A stretch of DNA of 64,000 nucleotides from Octopus vulgaris (GCA_951406725.2 OX597815.1:152768001-152832000); one strand, 5' to 3'; counted from the first letter of the stretch, positions 23,370 through 36,861 are shown. Translations and numbers: made by a program. The notes: generated from the sequence alone by a model not told the origin.

Positions 23370-25820
23370 CACATTTTGCCACAAGGGCAGCAGTTAACTG
23401 GTACATATTTTATCGACTCCGAAAAGATGAAAAGCAAAGTCGACCTCAGAACGTATCGATGGGCAAAATACCTATTTCTTTACTACCCACAAGGGGCTAA
23501 AAACTGAGAGGACAGACAAACGGATTAAGTCGATTATATCGACTCCAATGTGTAACTGCTACTTAATTTAATCGACCCCGAAAGGATGAAAGGCAAAGTC
23601 GACCTCGGCGGAATTTGAACACAGAACGTAACAGCAGACGAAATACTGCTAAGCATTTTGTCCGGCGTGCTAATGTTTCTGTCAGCCTGCCGCCTTAATA
23701 ATAATAATAACAGGAGCGCCAGCCTTGACAGCAGCTGGTCGTGTTCCTCGCTGCTCTGACCAAGTACTGAAACCTATTTGAAAATGATACCAGGCTTACC
23801 ATCCCTACAGGAAGTGCAAAAAATCGTGTTACCTGAAACGACTCATGTACTGAGTAGAGCATTATCGCTGTGAAAACAACATCCACTCATGAATTTATTT
23901 ATTTATTAATTTTTTTAAATATATTTTACCTGTAAATTTGCGTGTGTAATCTGGGAATGCATACAATGGGCTTCTCTGCCCTATTTGTACGGAAAACACT
24001 CGGCGAGAAATGGAAGAAAAATAATCCTTGCTACTAAAGGCACAAGGCTTATATGGGATATGGAACTAACCTGCTGACTCTGGTACCCATTTTACTGGAT
24101 GGTAAAGTTTAAAAAATTGTGTCCCTTTGTAGAGTTACCTCCCTTACACCGACTTGACTGCCATACGCATAGCTCCACAAACCTACATATACCGTGTTTC
24201 CCCGAAAATAAAACCCGGTCTTATATTAATTTTGTATTAAAAAAAAAAACGCCCTAGGGCTTATTTTCTTATATTTTTTGCGGAAAAAATCCGAGAAAGA
24301 CAAAAAGACAAAAGAGGACATGATATGTCTTCGTGTAAAAGGAGAAAATTGTGAAAGGAAACCCATGTTTTTAATTATCAAAAGTTTATTTATTTGCGTA
24401 TTGCTTTTAGCCAAGTACAAACATTTCGTCCTCTTCTGGAACATCGTCATAAATTATTAAACTCCGAACTTCGAACTGAATTTTTTGCAAATTGGTTGAA
24501 GAATGTAGAATCATGGACCCCAATCTCTCAAGTTTGGTAATATAACTTTCCTTAAATAAACACTTTTTGTTCAAGTACCCTGCTCGTAGTGCATTCGCAA
24601 CGAAATTGTCAGTAACATTATTCCATGAATTCTTCACCCAATTTGCAAAAAATTCAGTTCGAAGTTCGGAGTTTAATGATTTATGACGATGTTCCAGAAG
24701 AGGACGAAATGTTTGTACTTGGCTAAAAGCAATACGCAAATAAATAAATTTTTGATAATTAAAAACATGGGTTTCCTTTCACAATTTTCTCCTTTTACAC
24801 GAAGACATATCATGTCTTCTTTTGTCTTTCTCGGATTTTTTCCGCAAAAATATAAGAAAATAAGCCCTAGGGCGTTTTTTTTTTAATACAAAATTAATAT
24901 AAGACCGGGTTTTATTTTCGGGGAAACACGGTATATGTAGGTTTGTGGAGCTATGTCGTATGGCAGTCAAGTCGGTGTAAGGGAGGTAACTCTACAAAGG
25001 GACACAATTTTTTAAACTTTACCATCCAGTAAAATGGGTACCAGAGTCAGCAGGTTAGTTCCATATCCCATATAAGCCTTGTGCCTTTAGTAGCAAGGAT
25101 TATTTTTCTTCCATTTTTCGCCGACTGTTTTCCGTACAAATAGGGCAGAGAAGCCCATTGTATGCATTCCCAGATTACACACGCAAATTTACAGGTAAAA
25201 TATGTATTTAAAAAAATTAATAAATAAATTCACGAGTGGATGTTGTTTTCACAGCGATAATGCTCTACTCAGTACGAGTCGTTTCAGGTAACACGATTTT
25301 TTGCATTTCCTGTAGGAATGGTAAGCCTGGTATCATTTTCAAATAGGTTTCAGTACTTGGTCAGAGCAGCGAGGAACACGACCAGCTGCTGTCAAGGCTG
25401 GCGCTCCTGATATTATTGTTATTAAGGCGGCGAGCTGGCAGAATCGTTAGCACACCGTGCGAAATGCTTAGCGGTATTTCATCTGCCGCTACGTTCTGAG
25501 TTCAAATTCCGCCAAAGTAGACTTTGCCTTTCATCTTTTCGGGGTCGATTAAATAAGTACCAGTTACGCACTGGGGATCGATATAATCGACTTAATCCGT
25601 TTGTCTGTCCTTGTTTATCCTCTCTGTGTTTAACCTCTTGTGGGTAGTAAAGAAATAGGTATTTCGCCCATCGCTACATTCTGAGGTCAGATTCCGCCGA
25701 GGTCGACTTTCCTTTTCATCTTTTCAGAGTTGATAAAATATGTACCAGTTAAAGACTGGAGTCGATGTAATCGGCTCATCTCCTCCCGCCAAACTGCTGC
25801 CCTTGTGGCAAAATTTGAAA
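23370..25820. repeat. Large inverted duplication (palindrome), arms ~1.15 kb, spacer ~105-125 bp
   Basis: 23711-24504 is the near-exact reverse complement of 24629-25409; the nested SINE pair outside is mirrored too. Confidence 0.95.
24190..24640 (-). mobile_element. pogo/Tc2-type DNA transposon 3' end (transposase C-terminus and TIR)
   Basis: Minus ORF ...WVKNSWNNVTDNFVANALRAGYL...YDDVPEEDEMFVLG*; TIR-like TA|CCGTGTTTCCCCGAAAATA at 24190. Confidence 0.7.
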
Positions 25821-26097
25821 CCACTATTATTAGTAGTAGTTTACAGCTAATTGATTTACCATTCGCAATTCTTAATCTCTCTATTTTATTATGGGAGATG
25901 CAGTTGAATGTGTTCATAAAGCATCGGCCCTATTGCAATGAATTCACTGCTTGGACACTGACAAAACACCAGGAGGTAAGGAGTGATGGGACTTAACCTA
26001 TGAGATACAAGTCATTCTAAATCATCATCATCATCATTTTAACATCTACTTTTCCATGTTTACATGGTTCAGCTTTTGTTTCTAAATACTACGAATA

Positions 26098-26500
26098 TAC
26101 GTGGACTGATCAATAAGTGTCCAGTAACTTAGCAGTTCTGCAAAAGAGACCGATAGAATAAGTACTAGGCTTACAAAGAATAAGTCCTGGGGTCAATTTG
26201 CTCGACTAAAGGCAGTGTTCCAGCATGGCCGCAGTCAAATGACTGAAACAAGTAAAAGAGACTGTTGCTATAGTAACAAAGCTAAAGCACACAGAATGAA
26301 GCTGCTTGGCACAGACTGGCCTTGAACTCTTAAGTTTTAACATTCTAGCTCACTTCCACTGTTTACAGCAGTGCTTGGAAGGGAGGTGTCTAGCGTGTGA
26401 TCGTCGCATTGACTATGACAGAGAAAGTTGAGCGGAGAATCTACATCAAATATTGCCAAAAGCTTGGCCATACCTGCTCAGAGGCCTATGCAAAGTTTCC
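26098..26500 (+). mobile_element. mariner 5' fragment interrupted by a SINE tail
   Basis: TIR TA-CGTGGACTGATCAATAAGT; ATG at 26415 gives MTEKVERRIYIKYCQKLGHTCSEAYAKF (mariner HTH start); SINE B tail at ~26125-26260. Confidence 0.75.
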
Positions 26501-26593
26501 ATTGTTCTCCACACAATCCAGGAGATCTTGTGCAATTGAAACTCGAGTGTCTTTTTGATCAGCTGGAAGCAGCTGTGACACAAATTGACTAGT

Positions 26594-26641
<48 letters not shown>

Positions 26642-27324
26642 TACATATGTATGTATATATATATATATATTATATCGGGGTCACCATTTTATAGCGGCTA
26701 TCGTTGGCTGTTGAAGTGTGTGTTATTAAATGGGAAAACAGTTAGTATGAATCACCATAAGACATTTTTGTGTATAAATCTATTGTTTATTCTGTATTCA
26801 CCTTTTGTGGTGGAAGCATGTAGTATGACACAAAAATGCGTGTGTTTACATACAAAGAAAGTTTTAATTTTTGCTTTTGCATTGAAAGAAGTAACATATG
26901 GTATTTGTATTATGGTATGTATGCATGTGTGTCATGAGAACAATCATTTTGAGAATGTGTGTGTGATAAAATATCTTCGTTTACAGACCATATATCTTTT
27001 GTTGAGGTGGATAGACATGAAAGTCGTACATGAGAGATTGCACATGGAGCTGCAGAGAAGACATGTGTCGTTGACAAAAGCCTGACAGGAACTAAGATTT
27101 TCTACAGTGTAGCTCAGAATGAGGCTAGTGTATCAAAGCGAAGTTAGACGCCTCATCGATATATTTGTCTACTGTACAGGTCAACTCACATATATTACTA
27201 TGTAATATGTAGCTCTGCTACAAATTCTTTCAGAAAGGAAGATTTTCATATCTTTTGCTCCATGAATACTGGCCGAAACCCAGACTAAAAGACCTCTTTG
27301 AGAAGCACGTAAAACAAGTAGAAT

Positions 27325-27535
27325 TTAACAAGTGGCATAGTTAAATCAGCCCATTTTCTTATAACAGTTTGTGTGCACCAAGCCTTTTCTATTTCAAGGT
27401 TATAAGTGCCCGAAACTCGTTCCATTTTCTCTTTTTTTGCCATTTGGGATGATAAGCAGTGGGACTTTTGTTCCATCAAGATGAATTGGTAAAATACAAG
27501 TAACTCTTGCACTTTCGTAACCAGTTGAGGCAGTC
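27325..27535 (-). mobile_element. pogo/Tc2 DDE transposase fragment (frameshifted)
   Basis: STGYESARVTCILPIHLDGTKVPLLII / KMERVSGTYNLEIEKAWCTQTVIRKWADL, i.e. DDE_1-like TG.E..R.T....DG.K.P and AW motifs. Confidence 0.7.
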
Positions 27536-29432
27536 CTTTTGGGAAAAAAGATAAAAGAATCTGAAAAGATTGAAGACAGTCTGTAAAGCAAACAAGAGGT
27601 TTAGTTAAAACCTTGTTTTTATAAATGTTATTACTGATTTTCTTCCCTTTTTTCCTGTATGAGTTACCATTTCATTCAAACCTGCACTCACAAACTTGTG
27701 GAGGTAAACATATGTTGGTACATTTAAAAGCACACATAAGTATTTTGGTGTGTGCCAAGCCATGAAGAGCTCTTACATCTTCTGGAACATAAAAATAATC
27801 CTCGAAATGTTCATAGACCACCAGTATAGTCTTTACTAAGAGTTTGTCTTCTAGGGGTACCCAGTTTTCATTTTGCATTCAATGAACCTATTGGATTGTT
27901 ATCCTCCAGGTTATACATTAAATTGATGAGGCAATTGTTCTTTTGGTCCATCATAAAGTTGACAGTCTCTATGAGAGTAAACTTCTCTTCTTGAGCCTTC
28001 CCTGCCTTCTTAATCTCCTTATGCATTTGTGCTTCTTTTTGCATTCTTTGTTAGCCATCACCAACCCCAGTTCACTACTCCTTTTTAGTGTCCATTTCAT
28101 CCTCAACTCTCTGAAGAAAATGGAGTGTTATTACAAGAAGGGGGTTGCCTTAGTTTCTTGATACTTGACTTCATGCTCAGCTCTCAAGATCAAGGACCAA
28201 GTAACCTCTGTTGTTCTCAGAGTTATGACTGATGGTACATTGTGAACAGCAGCTCCTGTGGCTTATTATCATTGTCTCTGCTGTTCATTTTCTTTTAGTT
28301 TCTTTAGTTCTTTGTGCAAAAAACACCTTAAATGATCCTTACTACCATGCATGATGCAACAGGATTTATTGCCTTGCACTTTTAGCCTTTCTCTCTCTGT
28401 TATTAACAGTAGGGCATAAATCTGGAAATGCTTTGAGGTTTTCTAGGTTCATTAGACGTTATATACACATGGAAATCTTATCCAACTACATTGTTAAGGT
28501 CATACCAACATTCACTGTCTACCTGTTTTCTGTCACAAAAGAGATAATGAACCAAGGATCGATACTGTCTTTGATGTCTTTTATGTTGACTCCTATATTT
28601 CTTCAACTCATACATTGGGGCACTAGCCTATGAGTAGGCATGCAATGCACTGGTTGATATTGTCTTCTTGTTTTTTACCCCATTTTAAACATGTGACATA
28701 TGGTTCCACATATCCTACCTCTCCTGATGCAGAAGATCTTGCTCCACATATTGGCCAGTGATATATCTAACTGTGCCTTTGGAAATGTATATATAATTCA
28801 CTTCTTTCTATTTTTCATGCTTATATAATAGCTTCAGGCAAAAATGCACTTGTTTTAGTCATACAGTGCAGCCAAACAGGTTTTTCAGCTAAATGGTTCA
28901 TATCAAGTGTTCATCTATCACTGGTAGCATTTGTGAAGGATGAAGTTCAATTTTCACTTTTGTTGCTGAGATTTAAAATTTCAGGATTATTTTCGTTTGG
29001 TAAAATATGGATGTGTGTGTGTGTGTGGGTGAACCTTGTTTTTGTTGCCAAATATGTTTACTGGAATTGCTATCTTTTTGTTATTGTCTGTGTGAGTTTT
29101 GTTGTAAAATATTCTTCATAGTGTATTTTTCTTGTATTTAACTCTTGAGCATTTAAACAGACAATATCTGGCTCATCTCTTCTACTTGTTTTATGTTTAA
29201 ACTGACCAGATCTGGCTTCTCAAACCTACCCTTCAATATCATATTAAAAAAATCGACAATCACATTGTTGAAATCTTGAAGCTACAAGATAATGCATGAT
29301 TATTTAAAAACAATGTAAATATGTTTAACATCTAACTGAGTAATCTGAACGATAAATGGTTAAATTCTATGCATGTAGATTCATCTTCAACGTTTTTGTA
29401 ACAGTGGGCATTCTGCTTGGCCATACCGCATG

Positions 29433-30751
29433 TCATCATCGTTTAACATTCACTTTCCCTGCTAGCATGGGTTGGACGATTTGACTGAGGTCTGGCGAAC
29501 CAGATGGCTGCACCAGGCTCCAATCTGATCTGGCAGAGTTTCTACTGCTGGATGCCCTTCCTAACGTCAACAACTCTGAGAGTGTAGTGGGTGCTTTTAC
29601 GTGCCACCGGCATGAGGGCCAGTCAGGTGGTACTGGCAACGGCTATGCTCAAATGGTGTTTTTTTATGTGCCATCTGCACAGGAGCCAGTCCAGTGGCAC
29701 TGGCAACAACCTCGCTCGAATGTTTTTTCACATGTCACCGGCACAAGTGCCAGCGAGGCAACGCTGGTAATGATCACACTCGAATGGTGCTTTTTACGTG
29801 CCACCGGCATGGAAGCCAGTTAGCCACTCTGGCAATGATCATACTCGGATGGTATTCTTAGCGCTACACTAGCATGGATGCCAGTCATCGCATTTGATTT
29901 CGATTTCACTTGCCTCAACAGGTCTTTGCAAGCAGAGTTTAGTGTCCAATGAAGGAAAGGTATGCATAAGCGGGCTAGTTACACTCCTGGCATAGGTCAC
30001 GAGGTTATGGTCTCACATGGCTTGCCGGGTCTTCTCAAGCACAGCATATTTCCCAAAGTTTCGGTCACTAGTTATTGTTTTGGTGAGGCCTAATGTTCAA
30101 AGGTCATGCTTCACCACTTTATCCCAGCTCTTCCTGGGTCTACCCTTTCCACAGGTTCCCTCAAGCGCTAGGTTGTGGCACTTTTTCACACAGCTATCTT
30201 TATCCATTCTTGCCACATGACCATATGAGCGCAGTCGTTGCTCTTGCACACCACATCTGATGCTTCTTAGGTCCAACTCTTCTCTCAAGGTAATTATAGT
30301 GTCAAATATGCACACTGACATTACACATCCATCGGAGCATACTGGCTTCATTCCTTGTGAGCTTACACATGTCCTCAGCAGTCACAGCCTATGTTTCACT
30401 GCCAAGTAGCATGGCTGTTTGTACACATGCATCATACAGTCTACCTTTCACTCTGAGCGAGAGGCCCTTTGTCACCAGCAGAGGTAAGACCTCTCTAAAC
30501 TTAGCCCAGGCTATTCTTATTCTAGCAGCTACATTTTCAGCGCACCCTCCCCTGCTACTGACTTGGTTACCTAGGTAACAGAAGCTATCAACTACTTGTA
30601 GTTTTTCTCTCTGGAATGTGACAAAGTTTTTCTCTGCACATTTTCAGTGTTTATTGCTCCTGAGCATCTGCCATATACAAAAACTATTTTCCCAGTTAGC
30701 CTTCCTTTGATATTGCTGCACCTCTTATGTGTCCATAGCTTACACTGAGTA
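29433..30751 (-). mobile_element. 5'-truncated RTE-clade LINE
   Basis: Reverse-complement paralogue of 4782-6102 (PHD-like finger, RLRSYGHVARM, GRPRKSW, same UTR and tail). Confidence 0.88.
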
Positions 30752-30946
30752 AAAATCTAAAAACAGATACTATCTTCAGTTTGTATCTGGTTTGCAAGAT
30801 TCTTTATGTGTATTCATGTGTTGTAACAAATTTTGTTGTGTCTGGGGAGAGTCACACTGCCTTAATATTTAACACACACACTGGTTCAGTTTCCACTCAT
30901 TTATTATTTATATTTCTCTCTTTTCCAAAATTTCCATTGTCAAGAC

Positions 30947-31623
30947 ATGACAGCAAGACATGACAGAGTCGGCCAGTATTTACATTGGACAATATGTCGG
31001 CATTATAAAATCAAAACTGCTGACAAATGGTATAAACATCATCCTGAAGCTGTGACTGGGGGAGAAAATGTGTCGATTCTATGGGACTTCCCCGTGCAAA
31101 CCGACAGGACTATAAAAGCTAATAAACCGGATATTATTATAAAAGATCAGACAAAAAGGATGTGTTTATTAATTGACATGAGTATTCCCTATGATCATAA
31201 TATAGTGGCGAAAGAATTTGACAAGATTAGTAAATATAAAGACCTGCTCATAGAAATTGAAAAAATGTGGCATCTCAAGGCAACTACAGTACCAGTGATT
31301 GTAGGATCTCTAGGAATGATAAAAAAAGGTACTGAAGCCTATTTGAAAATGATTCCAAGCTTACCATCCCTACAGGAAGTGCAAAAAATCGTATTAACTG
31401 GAATGGCTCATGTACTGAGAAGAGCATTATTACTGTGAAAACAACATCCATCCATGAATTTATTTATTTATTAATTTTTAAATACATATTTTATCTGAAT
31501 TTGCGCGTGTAATCTGGGAATGCATACAATGCCCTTCTCTGCCCTAGGTGTATGGAAAACACTTGGTGAGAAACGGAAGAAAATTTGAAGAAAGAAGGAA
31601 AAAACATAATAATAATAATAATT
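30947..31623 (+). mobile_element. 3' fragment of an REL-endonuclease non-LTR retrotransposon (R4/Dong-like)
   Basis: Open 163-aa ORF with RHD, LWDFPVQTD, KPDIII...D, K..KY, PVIVGSLG; 3'UTR ends in (TAA)n. Confidence 0.85.
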
Positions 31624-31994
31624 TATTGTGCCACTAGGGCCCATTCATATGTACAGAGTACAAGTTATAAAAATATTACAAAATGTGTGAAGATACAAAG
31701 TTATACAAAACAGTGTGGAGTGGAATGGAATGGAAAAAGATGTCATACAGTATATTAGGACATGCTAAAAATGTCTAAAATTTCACATAATGATTATACA
31801 AAATAATTAAAAGAATGTGTAAAACATGCATATAATTTAAAGACAACAAGAAACAAACAGAGCAACCTACTGACGCATAAGTCTGTCAGTTCAGGGTCAC
31901 CCACAAATTTCTTCATTTCCCTCTGCCATCTCTTTTATGTAATCAGAACAGTTGAAATCACTTGTCCCCAAATGTGCCTGTGAGCCATTTTGTA

Positions 31995-32027
<33 letters not shown>

Positions 32028-35000
32028 GGCAGAAGAAGAAGAAGAAGAAATATAAATAACTTCAAATTTTGGCATAAGACCAGTAATTCCGGAGGAGGGA
32101 GTAAGTTGATTACATCAACCCCAGTGCTTACTGGTACTTATTTTATCAACCCTGAAAGGATGAAAGGCAAAGTTAACCTTGGTGGAATTTGAACTCCGAA
32201 TGTAAAGAGGGATGAGCATTTTGCCTGGTGTGCTAACGATTCTGCCTGCTTTGTGCCTTAATAATAATAATAATAATAATAATAGCTACAAATTCTCACA
32301 TGTGCACAAGGCCACATATTTATAGGGAATGGGTATAATCAACTTAATTTATCACAGTTCGTATTAAAGATACTTGTTTTGTTGTCAACATGAGAAGTGC
32401 ATGGTTGAACATTGTAGAAGTTAAACTCAAGATTTAAATGTAACTAAATATTGCAAGCGATTCAATCCCATTCTATTATTTCTATCACTACACATCTTTA
32501 CCACAAACATTGTTACTGCTATTAATAATAATAATCCTTCCTACTAAAGGCACAAAGCCCCAAATTTTGGGGGTGGGAACTAGTCGATTACATCGACCCC
32601 AGTGTTTCACTGGTACTTAATTCATTAACCCCAAACAAATGAAAGGCAAAGTCAACCTCAGCGGAATTTGAACTCAGAACATAAAGACAAATGAAATGCT
32701 GCTAAACATTTTTCTTCATGACACGGTAATGTTTATTTTATTTGTTTCAGTCATTAGACTGTGGCTATGCTGGGATACCACCTTGAAGAATTTTTTTAGT
32801 CAAATGAATTGGCCTCAGTACTTATTCTTTTATTTAAGCCTGGTACTTATTCTACTGGTCCCTTTTTGCTGAACCGCTAAATGACCTAAACAAACTAATA
32901 CTGGTTGTCAAGTGCTTGTGGTGGGGACAAACACACACATATATATATATTTGACAGACTTCTTTCAGTTTCTGTCTACCAAACCCACTCACAGGGTTCT
33001 GCGTTCAGTGCCATTGTGTGGCACCTTGGCCAAGTGTCTTCTACTATAGCTTCAGGCTGACCAAAGCCTTGTGAGTGGCTTTGGTAGGCAGAAACTGAAA
33101 AAGCCCATTGTGTGTGTGACCATAACTTAGCAGTTCAGCAAAAGAGACTGATAGAATAAGTACTAGGCTTACAAAGAATAAATCCTGGGCTTGATTTGTT
33201 CAACTAAAACCCCTTTAGGTGGTGCTCCAGCATGGCCATAACTGAAACAAACAAAAGAATAGAAGAACAGGTACAAGGCTTAATATTTAGGAGAAGGGTA
33301 AAGCTGAGTACATTTATTTAGTACCAGAGAGGTACTTCACTGGTATTTGACCCCTTCAGCCTGGGAAGATGAAAGACAAGTTGGCCTTATGTAAGATCTG
33401 AACTCAGGATGTTAGAGAGTGTAACTAAATATTTTTTCTGATGTCCAGCAGTTTAGAGAGGAGAGACAAGTTGACCCCAGTACTTGACTGGTACTTTATT
33501 TTATTGACCCTGAAAGGGTGAAAGGCAAAGTTGATCTCAGCAGAATTTGAACTCAGACTATAAGGAAGTGGAAGAAATACTGGTAAACATTATTTTTCTA
33601 ATGCATTAATGATTCTACTAGCTTACCTCCTTGAATAATTATATAATAATAACGGACTTATTGTATACAGTGCTTAGGTGCACATCTGAAAGTCACTAAA
33701 GTTTTTTGAGCTATTATTGCCTCCCATGTTTCTAATACTTTTCTTTTGACATATCTTTGCATTGATTTAAATAACTCCCTTTCATATAGACTATTATTTA
33801 CATTTTGATTTAACACCATTGGTTTGAATAGATCTATAAAACTACCATTTTCAGACCAGGTTTCCAGCCCACACATAATTCTTCCATTCGACAGTCCCAA
33901 GGCTTTGAAAAATGTCAAGGGATCTGCACTCCTTCTTCTGACTAAGCAAAACACACACACACACACGAGTGCCCATTAATACGATAAGATTTAATAACTT
34001 TTGTTGCTGAAGTAAGTTACTTTAAAATTGTATAAAATTGTGTAGTTGAACACTGCTCTTAAGTTTATGTTTAGTTGATATAAAAATCCCTTCAGTTATC
34101 TATAAAGCTTTTGACACCATCTACCCCAGAATTGTAAATGGATCTCCCTCACTCTCTTATGCTGTTTCATGTATTGCTTGTATGGCTAAGCACTTTATAG
34201 GTGTGAAACCAATAGTCACTCTGTAACCAGCCATAACAAACAACCATATATATATATATATTATCATCATCATTTAATGTCTGGTTTCCATGCTGGCATG
34301 AATTGGATGTTTTGACAGGGAGTTGGCCAGCTGGGGAGCTCTCCAGACTCTAATTGTCTGTTGTGGCATGGTTTCTATGGCTGGGTGCTTTCTATGTGCC
34401 ACCTGCATGGATGCATTTATGTGGAACCAGCATGAGTGCACTGTATGTGGCACCACTATGAGTGCATTGTATGTGGCACCAGCACCAGTAAAAGATAAGC
34501 CTATATGTATGAATGACAATAAGTTTACTTAGCTTGGTGCATCATACATATGATATATATATATATATATACATACATTATATATATATACATACATACA
34601 TATATATATATATATACATGCATATATATATATATATATATAACAATGCTATAAAATAATGGATGATGATATATATATATATATATATATATATAACAAT
34701 GCTATAAAATAAAGGATGATTGAAACAATCAACTGCTTGATTATGAGAATGGAACATAAACGAATCTTAGACAGCTGAGCAGTCAAAGGTATCTACACAG
34801 AGGAAATTAACAGGATCAGATGTAGTTTAATTTAAGTATATTTGTCATTTAGTGAGTGTCACATGATTTAATGAATACCCACTGAGGATCAGTAAATTCT
34901 TAGAAAATTGAACTAATAATCTTGCCATAATTATCAGATGGAATCATCTGTCTTCATGCATATTACTAATACTCTTTAGAAAGCATGAATGTCATGTATT

Positions 35001-36861
35001 CATTTTTACCTTTCAATAAAATTAGTAGAGCTAATTATTCATAAAAGGAAAACCTCTGGTGAAGGAAAGTAAAGAAATAAACCTCATGTGTTACATTTGA
35101 ATAAAATATTTCTGTATGGATTGAGTAAAAATCTATTGTGTAAACCCTCATTAGTTGTGATTAAGCAGTTCTATACTATACAGATAGTCAATCAGTCGAA
35201 TGACTCATATTAAATCTACAGATCTGTTGGTCTACAATTTTGGGATGACAGGATAAAATTTGATGGAGATGTAACAGTCTGATTAACTACATGGAATTTC
35301 TTTGATTGAGTGATGGGTTTGAATAGTGTGTCATTTTTCCTCTATGTCTTATGGTAAGTTCAATCTTAGTCTCATGGATTTAAAAATTTAAATAGATAAA
35401 GGATGCCGCTTTCCCTAAGGAGAATGCTAGTCTTTTGCAGCTATTCCACAAAGTAATCAAATGAAACATTGTAAAATTAAGTGTCCTGCCCAGAAGTATG
35501 AACATTTCAATTTCTTCTTACAAAATCATAACAACTAAATCACTGGTTAAGTTTATGTTTTTACATTACTTCATTCTTCAATCAATTTTTCTGTCTACAT
35601 TTACAAGGTGTGTTATTGAGAGATATTTTGAGTTGCTTTGCTTTAATCTTTTTTTAACAGAATAAAGAACTAACTTAACTGAATGAATGTTATCTTTTAA
35701 TTAGCTTTTCTATGCTTACTGCATTAAATATATTTGCATTAGCTTAAGTATTCTATTAACAATTCAACTATTTGAATAATTCTATCTCTTATCATCATAC
35801 TTATGGAATAATAAATTATGATTTGGCATCTAATGTTGAAGAGAGTATGAATATAACAGAATATTTGGGGTAAACAACCTGAAAACCTTCATAGTTCAAC
35901 TTTTATTTCTTCAAGTGACCACTCCTCAAATTCAATTTGGACATAGTTTTATTTATTTAAATATTTTATTTTGACAATATTATTTTCTGTAAAATCTAAC
36001 AGCAGCCCATATTACTTTAGACATATCCCCAAACAATATATTTCTTCTTGGTTCACTCATAATATGATTCAATAAAATTGAAAAATTGAGACAGTTGACA
36101 AAAACTTCAATAAAAACTACAAGGTCTCTGAAGTGAGTTAAAGTGAGTTGTCATCCTTTTTTAAGGCCAGATTTGATCAACATCTGTCATTGAGCCTTTG
36201 TTTCCTTCTCCCCACTGCAAAGGTAATTTTAAGTAATTAGAATGCTTTTGCTCATCACATTAAATATGTTAGCCCTCGTCTATTGTTTCATGCAGATGGC
36301 ATCCTTAAGTAATTTCTCTCAATCATTACAAGTAAAGTACAGGATAGTTTTTTTTTTTACCTTTTGAAAAGTATGTGAAGATTAATCAGAAGTCAAACAT
36401 TAACTATTTTCATTTTACAATGAAATAATATATGAATAAATAATCTAAATATCTGAGATAAATTGTTAACACGATTATAATTTTTCACACTATTAACCAC
36501 ATATTTAGAGATGTTCATGCATCAATAATGCAGTGGATAAACAACATTATTACCCTTAGTTTAGGAGTAAAGCTCCATAGTTTGAATCCAGTTCAGTAGT
36601 CTGTACACATCCAGGAATAAAACACCTGGTGATAATTGGAGATCAAGCTGATCAAAACATAGTAAAAGATGTATATATTAAAAAATGTTCCATCTGTAAA
36701 GATGAGGTTAATAGTCTGAAAAACAATAGTTATACAAAAATTAAATAAATGACAAAGTACAAAAAATATTATTTATTAATGAAGAAATAGAATTTCCATT
36801 ATAAATATAAAAAATCGAACTACTCTGTGTGCTAAGTGAATAGTGATATCAGTAGTATCGT

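Noticed and set aside
23711-25409. Palindrome as a sequencing fold-back artefact or as a single MITE
   Set aside because: The arms differ by scattered substitutions and indels, there is a unique spacer, and the arms include unrelated SINE and LINE debris; long-read confirmation is still advisable
26585-27085. 166-aa ORF
   Set aside because: Starts in a TA/GA microsatellite, has no recognisable motif, and its composition reflects AT-rich noncoding DNA
30947-31438. Stand-alone nuclease gene
   Set aside because: It is the 5'-truncated REL end of a non-LTR element with its UTR and (TAA)n tail; no promoter or splice evidence
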